Below, one piece after another: positions 53,890 through 64,000 of a stretch of 64,000 bases of DNA. This DNA comes from Rhodanobacter sp. Its GTDB lineage: Bacteria > Pseudomonadota > Gammaproteobacteria > Xanthomonadales > Rhodanobacteraceae. The notes under the pieces are model-generated. The model was not told the DNA's origin. It saw nothing but the letters and a program-made list of their open reading frames with translations, and did not search any database. The DNA is taken from the NCBI GenBank assembly GCA_004298505.1, contig SCRO01000023.1:9033-73032 (forward strand), written 5' to 3'. The translations under genes and the position numbers were made by a program. Every line of letters starts with the position of its first letter. Within the stretch, counting starts at the first letter, position 1.

Positions 53890-55128
53890 TCAGACGCGAC
53901 GGAATACCAGCGTGCCGTTGGTGCCGCCGAAGCCGAACGAATTGGAGATCGCCACGTCGAGCTTCGCCTCCCGCGCGGTGTTCGGGACAAAGTCCAGGTC
54001 GCAGCCTTCGCCGGGTTCGTCGAGGTTGATCGTCGGCGGCAAGACCTGGTCGCGCAGCGCCAGGATGCTGAAAATCGCCTCGACACCACCAGCCGCGCCG
54101 AGCAGGTGCCCGGTGGTCGACTTGGTCGAGCTCATCGCCAGTTTGTAGGCATGGTCGGCGAACACTTTCTTCGCCGCCTTCACCTCACCCAAGTCGCCCA
54201 GCTGCGTTGAAGTGCCGTGTGCATTGACGTATTGCACCTCGGTGGGATCGATGCCGGCGTCATTCAGCGCGGTCTGGATGCAGCGCGCAGCGCCATCGCC
54301 ACCCTCGCTCGGCGCGGTCATGTGGAATGCATCGCCACTCATGCCGAAGCCGATGAGTTCGGCGTAGATGCGGGCACCGCGTGCCTTGGCGTGTTCGTAC
54401 TCTTCCAACACCACCAGGCCGGCACCGTCGGACAATATGAAGCCGTCGCGATCCTTGTCCCACGGTCGACTGGCACGGGTCGGCTCGTCGTTGCGGGTGG
54501 ACATGGCCTTGGCCGAGCAGAAACCGGCCATCGCAGTACCGGTGGTGGCGAACTCGGTGCCGCCAGCGATCATCGCGTCGGCATCGCCGTGCTGGATCAT
54601 GCGCGAGGCCAGGCCGATATTGTGCGCACCGGTAGCGCACGCGGTGACGCATGCGATATTCGGCCCCCTCAGTCCGAACATGATCGACAGCTGGCCCGAG
54701 ACCATGTTGATGATCGAGCTTGGTACGTAGAACGGCGACACGCGGCGCGGGCCCTTGGCCGCCAACTCCAGCGTGGTCGTCTCGATCGTGTGCAGGCCAC
54801 CAATGCCGGCGCCCACCGCCACGCCGATACGCGGCGCGTTCGCCTCGGTCACTTCCAGCCCGGAATCGCGCAAGGCCTGGGTGCCCGCCGCCACGCCGTA
54901 GTGGATGAACGGGTCCATCTTCTTCACGTCCTTGAGCGGCATCCATTCGGCCGGGTCGAAGCCGCTGACCTGGCCGGCGATGCGCGTGGAATAGGCCGAA
55001 GTATCGAAATGGGTGACCGGGCCGATGCCGCTGACGCCCTTGACCACGCGATCCCAGGCGCTGGCGATGTCGTTGCCGACCGGCGAAATGATGCCCATGC
55101 CGGTCACTACTACTCGACGCTTGCTCAT
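53890..55128 (-). CDS. fabF: Beta-ketoacyl-ACP synthase II
   Basis: TACATG, NAHGTST, GHLLGAAG, NSFGFGG. Confidence 0.98.
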   Translation of the reverse strand: MSKRRVVVTGMGIISPVGNDIASAWDRVVKGVSGIGPVTHFDTSAYSTRIAGQVSGFDPAEWMPLKDVKKMDPFIHYGVAAGTQALRDSGLEVTEANAPRIGVAVGAGIGGLHTIETTTLELAAKGPRRVSPFYVPSSIINMVSGQLSIMFGLRGPNIACVTACATGAHNIGLASRMIQHGDADAMIAGGTEFATTGTAMAGFCSAKAMSTRNDEPTRASRPWDKDRDGFILSDGAGLVVLEEYEHAKARGARIYAELIGFGMSGDAFHMTAPSEGGDGAARCIQTALNDAGIDPTEVQYVNAHGTSTQLGDLGEVKAAKKVFADHAYKLAMSSTKSTTGHLLGAAGGVEAIFSILALRDQVLPPTINLDEPGEGCDLDFVPNTAREAKLDVAISNSFGFGGTNGTLVFRRV

Positions 55129-55255
55129 GCTTTGTTCCTTACGTGGTTTCACAGGCCCGACGTCGCTGGCGACTGCAACGTGAATTCCAGATGCGTCGCG
55201 CCACTAGTCCTGGATGACTTTCGCTCACCATACGGTATCGGACGTTACTAAATAC

Positions 55256-55285
55256 AGAAACGAAAACTGCGCCAAACAGGCGCAG
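55256..55285 (-). terminator. Terminator after acpP
   Basis: CTGCGCC-tgttt-GGCGCAG followed by TTTTCGTTTCT. Confidence 0.7.
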
Positions 55286-55362
55286 CATCCGGTGTCACCA
55301 CATGTCCGATCCGGCTCGCCCCGGGCGCGCCTGACCACCAGGTGGCAATCATCGTGAATCAA

Positions 55363-55602
55363 TCAATCCTTGGAGTGGGCCTTGATGTAATCGACAGCCT
55401 GCTGCACGGTGGTGATCTTCTCGGCGTCTTCGTCGGGAATCTCGGTCTCGAACTCTTCCTCGAGCGCCATCACCAATTCCACCGTGTCCAGCGAGTCCGC
55501 GCCCAGATCATCCACGAACGAAGCGTTCGCCGTGACTTCATCTTCCTTCACGCCCAACTGCTCGACGACGATTTTCTTCACGCGCTCTTCGATGGTGCTC
55601 AT
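55363..55602 (-). CDS. acpP: Acyl carrier protein
   Basis: [20 protein letters not shown]. Confidence 0.99.
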   Translation of the reverse strand: MSTIEERVKKIVVEQLGVKEDEVTANASFVDDLGADSLDTVELVMALEEEFETEIPDEDAEKITTVQQAVDYIKAHSKD

Positions 55603-55801
55603 GTTGCCCATACCTCTCAAGGAGTAATTGTTTGTTGGTGCCGGCCCGGCTGAATGCAAAATACCGGCGGCATTGTAGTGGCTAAACCCGCAAGCTGCCA
55701 CGATTCTCCGGCGATGGCACCAAGTGTGTGCCGTTGCGCCGACGCGAAAGCGTAATTGTCGCCTAAAACGAAGCCGCTGGCGACAATTACCTGCGCAGGC
55801 C

Positions 55802-56545
55802 TTACGGCATGTACATCCCGCCGTTGACGTGCAGGGTCTCGCCGGTGATGTAGGAGGCCGCCGGTGAGGCCAGGAAACCCACTGCGCGGGCGATGTCGGA
55901 GACCTCGCCCAGGCGACCCAGCGCAATCTGGCCGAGCAGGGCCTGCTTCGATTCCTCCGGCAGCGCGCGGGTCATGTCGGTATCGATGAAACCGGGCGCC
56001 ACCACGTTGACGGTGATACCGCGCATGCCGATCTCGCGCGCCAGCGACTTGGAGAACGCAATGATCCCGGCCTTGGCCGCAGCATAATTGGCCTGACCCG
56101 GGTTGCCGGTGAGTCCGATCACCGAGGCGATCGAGATGATGCGGCCCTTGCGCGCCTTCATCATGCCGCGCAGCACGGCCTTGGAAGTGCGGTAGACCGA
56201 GGTCAGGTTCGTGTCGATGATCACCTGCCAGTCCTCCTCCTTCATCCGCAGCAGCAACTGGTCGCGGGTAATGCCGGCGTTGTTGACCAGGATCGAGACC
56301 GCGCCAAACTCTTTCGCGATGCTGTCGATCAAGCCTTCGACCGCCGCGCCATCGGTGACGTCGAGCACGCGACCGTGCCCGCCCTGGACCGCCAGTCGCT
56401 CACCGATCGCGGCGGCACCGCCTTCGCTGGTAGCGGTGCCGATCACGGTGGCGCCCATCGCCGCCAGTTCTCCGGCGATCGCCGCGCCGATGCCGCGGCT
56501 GGTACCGGTGACCAGCGCAATCTCGCCCTGCAGTGGTTTGCCCAT
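55802..56545 (-). CDS. fabG: 3-oxoacyl-ACP reductase
   Basis: [34 protein letters not shown]. Confidence 0.98.
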   Translation of the reverse strand: MGKPLQGEIALVTGTSRGIGAAIAGELAAMGATVIGTATSEGGAAAIGERLAVQGGHGRVLDVTDGAAVEGLIDSIAKEFGAVSILVNNAGITRDQLLLRMKEEDWQVIIDTNLTSVYRTSKAVLRGMMKARKGRIISIASVIGLTGNPGQANYAAAKAGIIAFSKSLAREIGMRGITVNVVAPGFIDTDMTRALPEESKQALLGQIALGRLGEVSDIARAVGFLASPAASYITGETLHVNGGMYMP

Positions 56546-56582
56546 GAGTTTCGTTCCTTCTGGATCTGAAATCGGAGAGGGG

Positions 56583-57536
56583 CTACGCCGATGCCCACGC
56601 GGTACGCGCGGCATCGAGCTCGACCGGCGCACCGATCGCGCGCGCCTCGATAGTCCTGTCGATACGCTTGATCAGCCCGGACAACACCTTGCCCGGCCCG
56701 CATTCGGCGATGCGCACTGCGCCCCCTGCGGCCAGCGCCTGCACGCATTCGGTCCAGCGTACCGGCAGGTACAATTGCCGCTGCAGTGCACTGCGGATCT
56801 CGCCGATGCTGGCGTAACTGCGCGCTTCGGCATTCTGGATCACCGGAATCGATGGCAGTTGCCAGTCGATCGCCGCCATGCGCTCGCCCAGCCGATCGGC
56901 GGCCTCGCGCATCAAGGCGCAGTGCGACGGCACCGACACCGCCAGCTTGATCGACTTCTTCACACCCAGTTCGGCCAGTTTTGCCAGCACGCGATCGACC
57001 GCCTCGACGTTGCCGGCAATTACCAGCTGACCCGGTGAATTGAAATTGGCCGGTGCCACCACCTGGCCTTGCGCCATCTGTTCGCACACGCTGGCGATTT
57101 GCCCGTCGTCGCCGCCCAGGATTGCTGCCATCGCACCGACGCCGGCAGGTACTGCCGCCTGCATCAGGCGACCGCGCGCGGCCACAAGGACTGCCGCGTC
57201 ATGCAGCGACACGGCACCGGCGCAAACCAGCGCGCTGTACTCGCCGAGGCTGTGGCCGGACAACCGCGCCGGCGGCGCCCCTCCCACCTTTTGCCACACC
57301 CGCCATACTGCTACGCCGGCCGCCAGCAGCGCGGGCTGGGTGTTCTCGGTACGATTGAGCTTATCCTCAGGCCCGTGCTGGCTCATCGCCCACAGATCGA
57401 GCCCGGCGCCCTGCGAAGCCTCGTCGAAAGCAGCTTGCACCTCGGCATGGGCTGCGGCCAGAGCGAGCAGCATACCGACCGATTGCGAACCCTGACCGGG
57501 AAAGACAAAGGCAAGCGAAGTTGAGTCTGGACTCAT
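56583..57536 (-). CDS. fabD: ACP S-malonyltransferase
   Basis: FPGQGSQ, TQPAL, GHSLGEY, VPSHC. Confidence 0.98.
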   Translation of the reverse strand: MSPDSTSLAFVFPGQGSQSVGMLLALAAAHAEVQAAFDEASQGAGLDLWAMSQHGPEDKLNRTENTQPALLAAGVAVWRVWQKVGGAPPARLSGHSLGEYSALVCAGAVSLHDAAVLVAARGRLMQAAVPAGVGAMAAILGGDDGQIASVCEQMAQGQVVAPANFNSPGQLVIAGNVEAVDRVLAKLAELGVKKSIKLAVSVPSHCALMREAADRLGERMAAIDWQLPSIPVIQNAEARSYASIGEIRSALQRQLYLPVRWTECVQALAAGGAVRIAECGPGKVLSGLIKRIDRTIEARAIGAPVELDAARTAWASA

Positions 57537-57681
57537 GGAAGCGCTGATTCCCTGTGAGCGGAAGCCAGCATGGTGGCATGTATCGCCAGCCATACGCAGC
57601 TGTATTCGAGGACTCCGGCACCGACAGGACGGTCCTGCCCACAGGAGCGGCACCATCCGGATCGACCAACCGGCTTGCCAG

Positions 57682-58656
57682 TCAGTAGCGCAGCAGCGCC
57701 GAAGCCCAGGTGAAACCGCCGCCGAACGCCTCCAGCAACAGGTTCTGGCCGCGCTGTACCTTGCCCGAACGCACCGCGTAGTCCAACGCCAGCGGCACCG
57801 ATCCGGAAGAGGTATTGGCGTGTTTGTCGACCGTGACGATCACCCGGTCCATGGATATCTTCAGCCGCTTGGCGGTGGCCTCGATGATGCGCAGGTTGGC
57901 CTGGTGCGGAATCAGCCAGTCGATATCCGACTCTTGCAAGCCGGCGGCCTCGAGCGTCTCACCGACCAGCGAGTCGAGGGTCTTGACCGCGACCTTGAAC
58001 ACCTCCCGGCCGGCCATGTGAATGCGCACGCCGTGGTTGGGCTCGTCCGTGAAACCCACCGAGACGCCCACCGGGTTGTACAGCAAGTCCTTGTGTCCGC
58101 CGTCGGCATGCAGGCAAGTGGCATGGATTCCCGGCTCGCTAGACGCCTCCAGCACTACCGCACCGGCACCATCGCCGAACAGCACGCAGGTCTCGCGCTC
58201 ACCCCAGTCGACCATGCGGGTCAGCGTCTCGGCGCCGATCACCAGCACTTTTTTCGACTGCCCGCTGCGAACGAATTTGTCCGCAATCCCCAGCCCATAG
58301 ACAAACCCCGAGCAGGCCGCATTGACGTCAAACGCCGCGCAGCCGTTCGCACCGAGGCGGTGCTGCACGAGACAGGCAGTAGACGGAAAAATGATGTCAG
58401 GCGTGGTCGTGCCGAGTACGATCAGGTCGAGTTCGGATGCCTTGACACCAGCTGCCTCCAGCGCGTTCTGCGCGGCGCGCAACGCCAGGTCGCCGGTGGT
58501 CTCGCCATCGGCGGCGATGTGTCGCTGGCGGATGCCGGTGCGGGTGCGGATCCATTCGTCGCTGGTATCGACGATCTTCTCCAGATCGGCGTTGGTGACA
58601 ATGCGCTCGGGCAAGGCGCTGCCGGTGGCGATGATGCGGGTGTAGAGCTGGGTCAT
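57682..58656 (-). CDS. fabH: Beta-ketoacyl-ACP synthase III
   Basis: AACSGF, LFGDGAGA, PHQAN, NTSSGS, GGGFTW. Confidence 0.98.
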   Translation of the reverse strand: MTQLYTRIIATGSALPERIVTNADLEKIVDTSDEWIRTRTGIRQRHIAADGETTGDLALRAAQNALEAAGVKASELDLIVLGTTTPDIIFPSTACLVQHRLGANGCAAFDVNAACSGFVYGLGIADKFVRSGQSKKVLVIGAETLTRMVDWGERETCVLFGDGAGAVVLEASSEPGIHATCLHADGGHKDLLYNPVGVSVGFTDEPNHGVRIHMAGREVFKVAVKTLDSLVGETLEAAGLQESDIDWLIPHQANLRIIEATAKRLKISMDRVIVTVDKHANTSSGSVPLALDYAVRSGKVQRGQNLLLEAFGGGFTWASALLRY

Positions 58657-58732
58657 TCGGTTTTCCGTCGGCGAAGACTGGGGGGCGACAGCCGGCTGGC
58701 GACCGCAGACCATTACGTTACGTGCCAACTAT

Positions 58733-58769
58733 CCGGAAAGCGAAACGGCGCGTCGCCGCGCCGTTTCGC
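58733..58769 (-). terminator. Hairpin/terminator after rpmF
   Basis: GCGAAACGGCGCG / CGCGCCGTTTCGC 13-bp perfect stem, then TTT on the minus strand. Confidence 0.65.
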
Positions 58770-58811
58770 ATGATCGTCCGGTGGGAACCCCCGTGGGATT
58801 CCGGCAACCGG

Positions 58812-59006
58812 TCAATCCTCGACCGACACCGCCGCCTTCGACTCGATCACTTTCTTGCCGCGATAGTAACCGTCTTTGGTGACGTGGTGGCGCTGATGCA
58901 CCTCGCCGCTGGTGGGGTCCGTGGACAGCTGCACGGTCTTCAGCGAATCGTGTGCACGCCGCATGCCGCGGGTGGACGGGGTACGGCGGCTCTTGGCAAC
59001 TGCCAT
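58812..59006 (-). CDS. rpmF: 50S ribosomal protein L32
   Basis: [20 protein letters not shown]...HH...GYYRG. Confidence 0.98.
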   Translation of the reverse strand: MAVAKSRRTPSTRGMRRAHDSLKTVQLSTDPTSGEVHQRHHVTKDGYYRGKKVIESKAAVSVED

Positions 59007-59090
59007 GGTAGTTCTCCAACTGAAACGTGGTGAATTGAATCGGAATGATCTTGTATCGAACGCCCCGGACCAGTCGATCCGGGCCGACGG

Positions 59091-59609
59091 TTATTTCTTC
59101 AGTTCACGCAATACCGCGAACGGATTCTCGGAACGTTCCTCGCCAACGGGATCCCCCATCGGATGGTGATCTGTCACTTCGTCGGGCAGGCTGCTATCCG
59201 GGTTGACCGGAACCAGCGGCAGCACCAACAACAATTCGTCCTCTATCACATCGGCTGGACGCAGACGACCGTCACCGGCCACCAGCAACGCTTCATACTC
59301 CGGCGACAAGCCCGCCTCGTCGCTCTCCTGGCCGATCAGCCCCAACCGGGTCTGCAGCGCCACCGGCAACACGAAAGGCTCAAGCGTACGCTGACAGGTC
59401 AGGGTCAACGGCGCGCTCGCACGAACATCCACGTAGCTCGTCCCGAGGCTGTCGCGACCGAAATCCAGCTCGAAGCTCACTTCGCCATCGGAACTTGCCA
59501 GCGCCTCGCACAGGCGCCGCAGGCTTGCGATAGCCAGCGTTCCTTCGAACGAACGCCGCGCCGAGACCATGCGCCAAGCGTCCACGGACTCTGGCAGCGT
59601 CACGGACAT
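59091..59609 (-). CDS. yceD: YceD-family (DUF177) 23S rRNA accumulation protein
   Basis: LTCQRTLEP, IEDELLLVLP, NPFAVLRELK; upstream of rpmF. Confidence 0.92.
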   Translation of the reverse strand: MSVTLPESVDAWRMVSARRSFEGTLAIASLRRLCEALASSDGEVSFELDFGRDSLGTSYVDVRASAPLTLTCQRTLEPFVLPVALQTRLGLIGQESDEAGLSPEYEALLVAGDGRLRPADVIEDELLLVLPLVPVNPDSSLPDEVTDHHPMGDPVGEERSENPFAVLRELKK

Positions 59610-59746
59610 AGTCATGAAATGATAGTTTTGCCACGGCGGAAAGTCAATAAACGAGACTTCATAAACGTCAACACCCGTGCCTCCAGCGGGTATTTTGCCT
59701 GATCCGTCGCCGATGCGGCAGACTTGACGCTCCACACCCTGAATGA

Positions 59747-60208
59747 TTGCCCTTGAATTCCTACTTCGCACTCGGCGTGGTCGCCTGTTTCGTGATCCTG
59801 ATCGCGCTGGCAAGCGGCGCACTGCTGTTGCGCCGGCGTCAGAATCGTCACAACAGCCGCATTCGCAACCTGCTCGACCTGGCCGACCGGCTGGAAGCGG
59901 ATCTGAAGACTTGCCGCTCCGGCCTGCAACAGGCGCACGCGGTAATGTCGCTCAACCCGGATTTGCCCGCCGCTAGCGAACAGGACGCGCGACACGCCGT
60001 CGATGCCGGCTTGCGCGCGCTGTTGCAGCAGCGGCTGTGGATCCGCGACCGTTCCGCCGCTGCCAGCCAGCACGAGCTCGACGAAGCGGCCGCCTCGATG
60101 CGCGATGCCCGTGACCGCCTGCTACCCCTGTTGCAGGCACTGAGCCAGGCACAGACCGACCTGAACAGCGCCATGCGTGAACAGATCCGACGCGAGTCAG
60201 ACGGTTGA
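59747..60208 (+). CDS. Hypothetical membrane-anchored coiled-coil protein
   Basis: N-terminal TM segment followed by RRR, helical body; stop overlaps the maf start; TTG start uncertain. Confidence 0.7.
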   Translation: MPLNSYFALGVVACFVILIALASGALLLRRRQNRHNSRIRNLLDLADRLEADLKTCRSGLQQAHAVMSLNPDLPAASEQDARHAVDAGLRALLQQRLWIRDRSAAASQHELDEAAASMRDARDRLLPLLQALSQAQTDLNSAMREQIRRESDG

Positions 60209-60804
60209 TGCCCATGCTGCCCGCACCACCGCGCATCGTGCTCGGATCGACCTCTCGCTACCGCGGCGAGCTGTTGCGCCGCCTGTTGCCGGATTTCGAA
60301 CAGGCCGCGCCAAATACCGACGAGTCGCCCCGGCCGAACGAAGCGCCCGCCGCACGCGCGTTGCGGCTGGCCAGCGCCAAGGCCGACGCGGTAGCGCGCA
60401 GATACGGCGATGCGCTGGTGATCGGCTCCGACCAGGTCGCCGAGGTCGACGGCTTGATCCTGGGCAAGCCCGGCAGCAGCGCGCGTGCGCGCACCCAGCT
60501 CGCCGCCAGCTCAGGCCGCAGCGTGCACTTTCATACCGCACTATGCCTGCTTGACGCTCGCCATGGCCGACGGCAAACCCACGTCGATCACACGCAGGTG
60601 CATTTTCGAGTGCTGCAGCCGGCGGAGATCGAGCGTTACGTCGAACGTGAACAACCACTGGACTGCGCCGGCAGCTTCAAGTGCGAGGGGCTCGGCATCA
60701 GCCTGTTCGAGGCGATCGACAGTCACGATCCGAGCGCCCTGATCGGCCTGCCGCTGATCGCGCTGGCTCGGCTGCTACGCGCAGCGGGCCTGCCCATGCC
60801 CTGA
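60205..60804 (+). CDS. maf: Maf-like nucleotide pyrophosphatase (YceF type)
   Basis: LGSTSRYR..LL, DES, AKA, IGSDQ, GKP, CAGSFKCEGLG, LIGLP. Confidence 0.93.
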   Translation: MMPMLPAPPRIVLGSTSRYRGELLRRLLPDFEQAAPNTDESPRPNEAPAARALRLASAKADAVARRYGDALVIGSDQVAEVDGLILGKPGSSARARTQLAASSGRSVHFHTALCLLDARHGRRQTHVDHTQVHFRVLQPAEIERYVEREQPLDCAGSFKCEGLGISLFEAIDSHDPSALIGLPLIALARLLRAAGLPMP

Positions 60805-60885
60805 TGGAACCTGTTGGCGACAGCTACACTGCGGGTTCATTCCCATGCATTGCATGCACGAAGCCACTCCATGATCGAAGGAAGC

Positions 60886-61827
60886 ATGTCCGCCATCAGC
60901 CAGCCACATGACGAACTACTGCAGCAGCGACTGGATACCGCGATTGCTCAGGTCAACCGCGTGCTACTGGGCAAGCCGCGCCAGGTGAAACTCGCCTTCA
61001 CCTGCATCATCGCCGGTGGTCATCTGCTGCTCGAAGACGTGCCGGGGGTAGGCAAGACCACGCTGGCGCATGCACTGGCCGCCACGTTCGGGCTGGACTT
61101 CCAGCGTGTGCAGTTCACCAGCGACCTGCTGCCGTCGGACATCATCGGCGTGAGCGTGTACGAGCGTGAGACCGGGCAGTTCCGCTTCCATCCCGGACCG
61201 ATCTTCACCGGATTGTTGCTGGCCGACGAAATCAACCGCGCCAGCCCCAAGACGCAAAGCGCCTTGCTCGAGGCCATGGCCGAAAACCAGGTCACGATGG
61301 ATGGTCAGACCCATGCGCTGGCACAGCCGTTCTTCGTCGTCGCCACGCAGAATCCGCTTGACCTCAACGGTACGTTTCCGCTGCCCGACTCGCAACTGGA
61401 TCGTTTCATGCTGCGCTTGTCGCTGGACTATCCGGACGCCACTGCCGAGCGTGCGCTGCTGACCGGCAGTGCTCGGCGCGACCTGCTGGCCCAACTCGTG
61501 CCGCAACTCGATGCAGCCGCCCTGCTCGCCTTGCACGGGCAGGCGCAGTCGATCACCGCCAGCCACGCCCTGCTCGACTATCTGCAGGCGCTGCTGGCGG
61601 CCAGCCGGCGCCATGCCGACATCCGCGCAGGCCTGTCGCCCCGCGCCGGCCTGGCCCTGCTCGATGCTGCCCGCGCCTGGACCATGCTCAGCGGTCGCCG
61701 CCACGTGTTGCCGGAAGACATCCAGGCGTTGTTCGTGCCACTGGCCGCCCATCGACTGCTGCCGGCACGTGGCGCCCATGGCGACACCCTGGCGCGACAG
61801 CTGCTGACCGAGGTGGCGGTGGACTGA
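60886..61827 (+). CDS. MoxR-family AAA+ ATPase
   Basis: EDVPGVGKT, RVQFTSDLLPSD, LADEINRA.PKTQSALLE, ATQNP, DRF. Confidence 0.95.
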   Translation: MSAISQPHDELLQQRLDTAIAQVNRVLLGKPRQVKLAFTCIIAGGHLLLEDVPGVGKTTLAHALAATFGLDFQRVQFTSDLLPSDIIGVSVYERETGQFRFHPGPIFTGLLLADEINRASPKTQSALLEAMAENQVTMDGQTHALAQPFFVVATQNPLDLNGTFPLPDSQLDRFMLRLSLDYPDATAERALLTGSARRDLLAQLVPQLDAAALLALHGQAQSITASHALLDYLQALLAASRRHADIRAGLSPRAGLALLDAARAWTMLSGRRHVLPEDIQALFVPLAAHRLLPARGAHGDTLARQLLTEVAVD

Positions 61828-62780
61828 TGCCTGGCTTGTCGCACCGCCTGCAAGGCTGGGCCGAACGGCGGTTGCCGGCGCTCACCCGCTATCGGCGCCC
61901 CGAAAGCCTGCCGATCGAGCTGCACCGGCGCCGCATCTATATCGTGCCGACCGGTTTCGGACTCGGCTTTTCCGTACTGCTGCTGGTGATGCTGGTCGGT
62001 GCACTGAACTACAACAACAATGCCGCTTTACTGCTTACCTGCCTGCTGGGCGCGGCGAGCGCGGCCAGCATGCTGGTGGCGTTCCGCAGCATCGACGGCC
62101 TGCGCCTTGAACAGGTTCGCGCCGGTCATGCCGTAGCCGGCGAGTCGATCGAACTCACTTTCACGCTTCAATCCGGCCGGCCGCGCAGTGCGATCCGGCT
62201 GGATCTGGGCGACGCCGGTGCGGCGTTCGCCATGGATGGCCGCGCTGCCGCCCTGGTGAAGCTGGCGCTGCCGACCGAGTTCCGCGGCTGGCTGTCTTTG
62301 CCACGACTGCGCCTGTGGAGCAGCTGGCCGCTGGGCATGTTTCGCGCCTGGAGCTGGTTGCACCCCACCCAGTCGGTTCTGGTGTGGCCACGCCCGGAAT
62401 TGTCCGGACCCACACCGCGGGCCGCGGCCGACGACGCCCGTCACATGCGGCTGCACCGCGGCGAGGAACTGGCCACGCTACGCGACTACCAGGCAGGCGA
62501 TCCGCAGCGGCATGTCGCGTGGAAAGCCAGCGCCCGCCACGACAGCCTGCTGGTGAAGGATTTCGAGCAGCCGCAGAGCCAGCCGCAGTGGCAGCTTGAC
62601 TGGCGTCAATTGCATGGCTTGAGCGACGAGGCGCGCATCGCACGGCTGGCACGCTGGTTGAACGAAGCGCAGCAACAACGGCGCAGCTTCAGCCTGTGGT
62701 TGCCCGGCAACGAGATCGGCAGTGGCAGCGGCGCACTGCACTACGCGCGCTGCATGGATGCGTTGGCGTGCCTGCCATGA
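61827..62780 (+). CDS. DUF58 domain membrane protein
   Basis: RRIYIVPT, NYNNN, PLGMFRAW, LRDYQAGD..RHVAWKASAR. Confidence 0.92.
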   Translation: MPGLSHRLQGWAERRLPALTRYRRPESLPIELHRRRIYIVPTGFGLGFSVLLLVMLVGALNYNNNAALLLTCLLGAASAASMLVAFRSIDGLRLEQVRAGHAVAGESIELTFTLQSGRPRSAIRLDLGDAGAAFAMDGRAAALVKLALPTEFRGWLSLPRLRLWSSWPLGMFRAWSWLHPTQSVLVWPRPELSGPTPRAAADDARHMRLHRGEELATLRDYQAGDPQRHVAWKASARHDSLLVKDFEQPQSQPQWQLDWRQLHGLSDEARIARLARWLNEAQQQRRSFSLWLPGNEIGSGSGALHYARCMDALACLP

Positions 62781-64000
62781 CCCCGGTCGCGGTGCGCCGG
62801 CCCGCTGCCGCAACGGTCGGACAACGCAGCTTCGACCTGTTGAGCCTGAGCATGGCCTTCGTGCTGGCCGTGAACGCCGCGCACTTGCCATGGTGGCTCA
62901 GCCTGGCGCTGGCGTTCGCGCTGGGCTGGCGCTGGTGGCAACGACGGCAGCGAACCGGCCGCGTTCCCCGCTGGATCAAGTTGCCCTTGCTGGCCTTGCT
63001 GACCCTGGCCGTGATCGCGCAGTACGGCAACCTGTTCGGGCGCGCCCCGGGTACCGCGCTGGCAATCGGGTTGTTGATCCTCAAACTGCTGGAGACCGAA
63101 ACCAGCCGCGACGTGCGGGTCGCGGTCGGCTTCACCTGCTTCACCCTGATGACCGCACTGCTGTTCGACCAGGGACTGCTCAGCACGGTGGTGGTCGCGC
63201 TCGGCTTGCTGCCGGCGCTGGCGACCCTGCGCGCACTGGAACCTGCGCAGGCGCCCACGAGCATGCCACGCAGTCTGCTGGCCCCGCTCGCGCTGCTGGC
63301 AGCGGCGCTGCCGCTGGCCCTGCTGGCCTTCTTGCTGGTTCCGCGACTGAGCACACCCTTGTGGGGTGCGCCTTCCCAGGACCAGGCACGCAGCGGGCTC
63401 AGCGATCACATGAGCCCAGGCGGCTTCATCGAATTGCTCACCGATGACCACCCGGCCATGCGAGTCAGTTTCGACGGCGCGCCACCACCGCCCGACCAGC
63501 GCTATTTCCGGGCCTATGTGATGGCCCGCTATGACGGCGTCAGCTGGACCTACCGCGACGTGGCCAACTTGCCACCGGCGGCACTGGTTGTCGCACATGC
63601 CGTGCAATACCACGTCAGGCTGCTGCCCACGCAGCAACACGTACTTCCCACGCTGGACGTGCCGATTGCGGCGCCAGCGGGCGCATCAATGCGCCGGGAT
63701 CGCGTGGTGATGGCGGCCACGCCGGTCGACGATGCGCTCACCTATACGCTTAGTTCGGCCACCCAATACGAACTCGAACCCCAGCTCGGCGAACATCGTC
63801 GCCGCTGGCTGCAGCTTCCCGCCGGCTTCAATCCGCGCACGCTCGCGCTGGGCCGGTCTTGGCGCCAGCGCTACGGCAACGACGATGCCGCGATCGTGCG
63901 TGCCGCGCTCGCCCTATTCCATGACGGCGGATTTCGTTACACGCTGGCGCCGGCGCCGCTGGGTCGTGATGCGATGGACGATTTCCTGTTCGACACCAGG
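62777..64000 (+). CDS. DUF3488/transglutaminase (TgpA-like) membrane protein, partial (runs off the window)
   Basis: Open frame from ATG 62777: multi-TM N-terminus, LKLLET...RD, GLSDHMSPG, YFRAYV, FRYTL...DDFLFDTR at the window end; ATGA overlap with DUF58. Confidence 0.88.
   Translation, partial: MTPVAVRRPAAATVGQRSFDLLSLSMAFVLAVNAAHLPWWLSLALAFALGWRWWQRRQRTGRVPRWIKLPLLALLTLAVIAQYGNLFGRAPGTALAIGLLILKLLETETSRDVRVAVGFTCFTLMTALLFDQGLLSTVVVALGLLPALATLRALEPAQAPTSMPRSLLAPLALLAAALPLALLAFLLVPRLSTPLWGAPSQDQARSGLSDHMSPGGFIELLTDDHPAMRVSFDGAPPPPDQRYFRAYVMARYDGVSWTYRDVANLPPAALVVAHAVQYHVRLLPTQQHVLPTLDVPIAAPAGASMRRDRVVMAATPVDDALTYTLSSATQYELEPQLGEHRRRWLQLPAGFNPRTLALGRSWRQRYGNDDAAIVRAALALFHDGGFRYTLAPAPLGRDAMDDFLFDTR

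Overview
GC-rich gammaproteobacterial chromosome segment. Gene order and protein sequences point to the Xanthomonadales/Lysobacterales, most likely Rhodanobacteraceae (Rhodanobacter/Dyella-like); this is an inference. About 61 kb is housekeeping, mostly on the minus strand: pgsA-uvrC-kdsB-aroA-pheA-serC, infA, clpS-clpA, NUDIX-mnmA-hflD, gyrA, mtnA, class III PHA synthase phaE-phaC, rimP-nusA-infB-rbfA-truB-rpsO-pnp, tRNA-fMet, nuoA-N, the fab/acpP-pab-mltG-tmk-holB-pilZ cluster, yceD-rpmF, and maf-moxR-DUF58-transglutaminase. The unusual material is concentrated in the first ~2.6 kb, a tRNA hotspot. It holds a damaged tRNA-Leu(UAA) 3' half beginning at the anticodon loop (att-like), an unassigned ~200-nt highly structured non-coding RNA candidate leading into an MDR oxidoreductase, and tRNA-Cys/tRNA-Gly. 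It also holds a PaaI thioesterase gene bracketed by two long imperfect inverted-repeat elements. Two kinds of intergenic repeat occur inside core operons: mosaic CCATCCATGG hairpins, and purine/pyrimidine heptamer-array hairpins. No CRISPR array, transposase, integrase or rRNA was seen.
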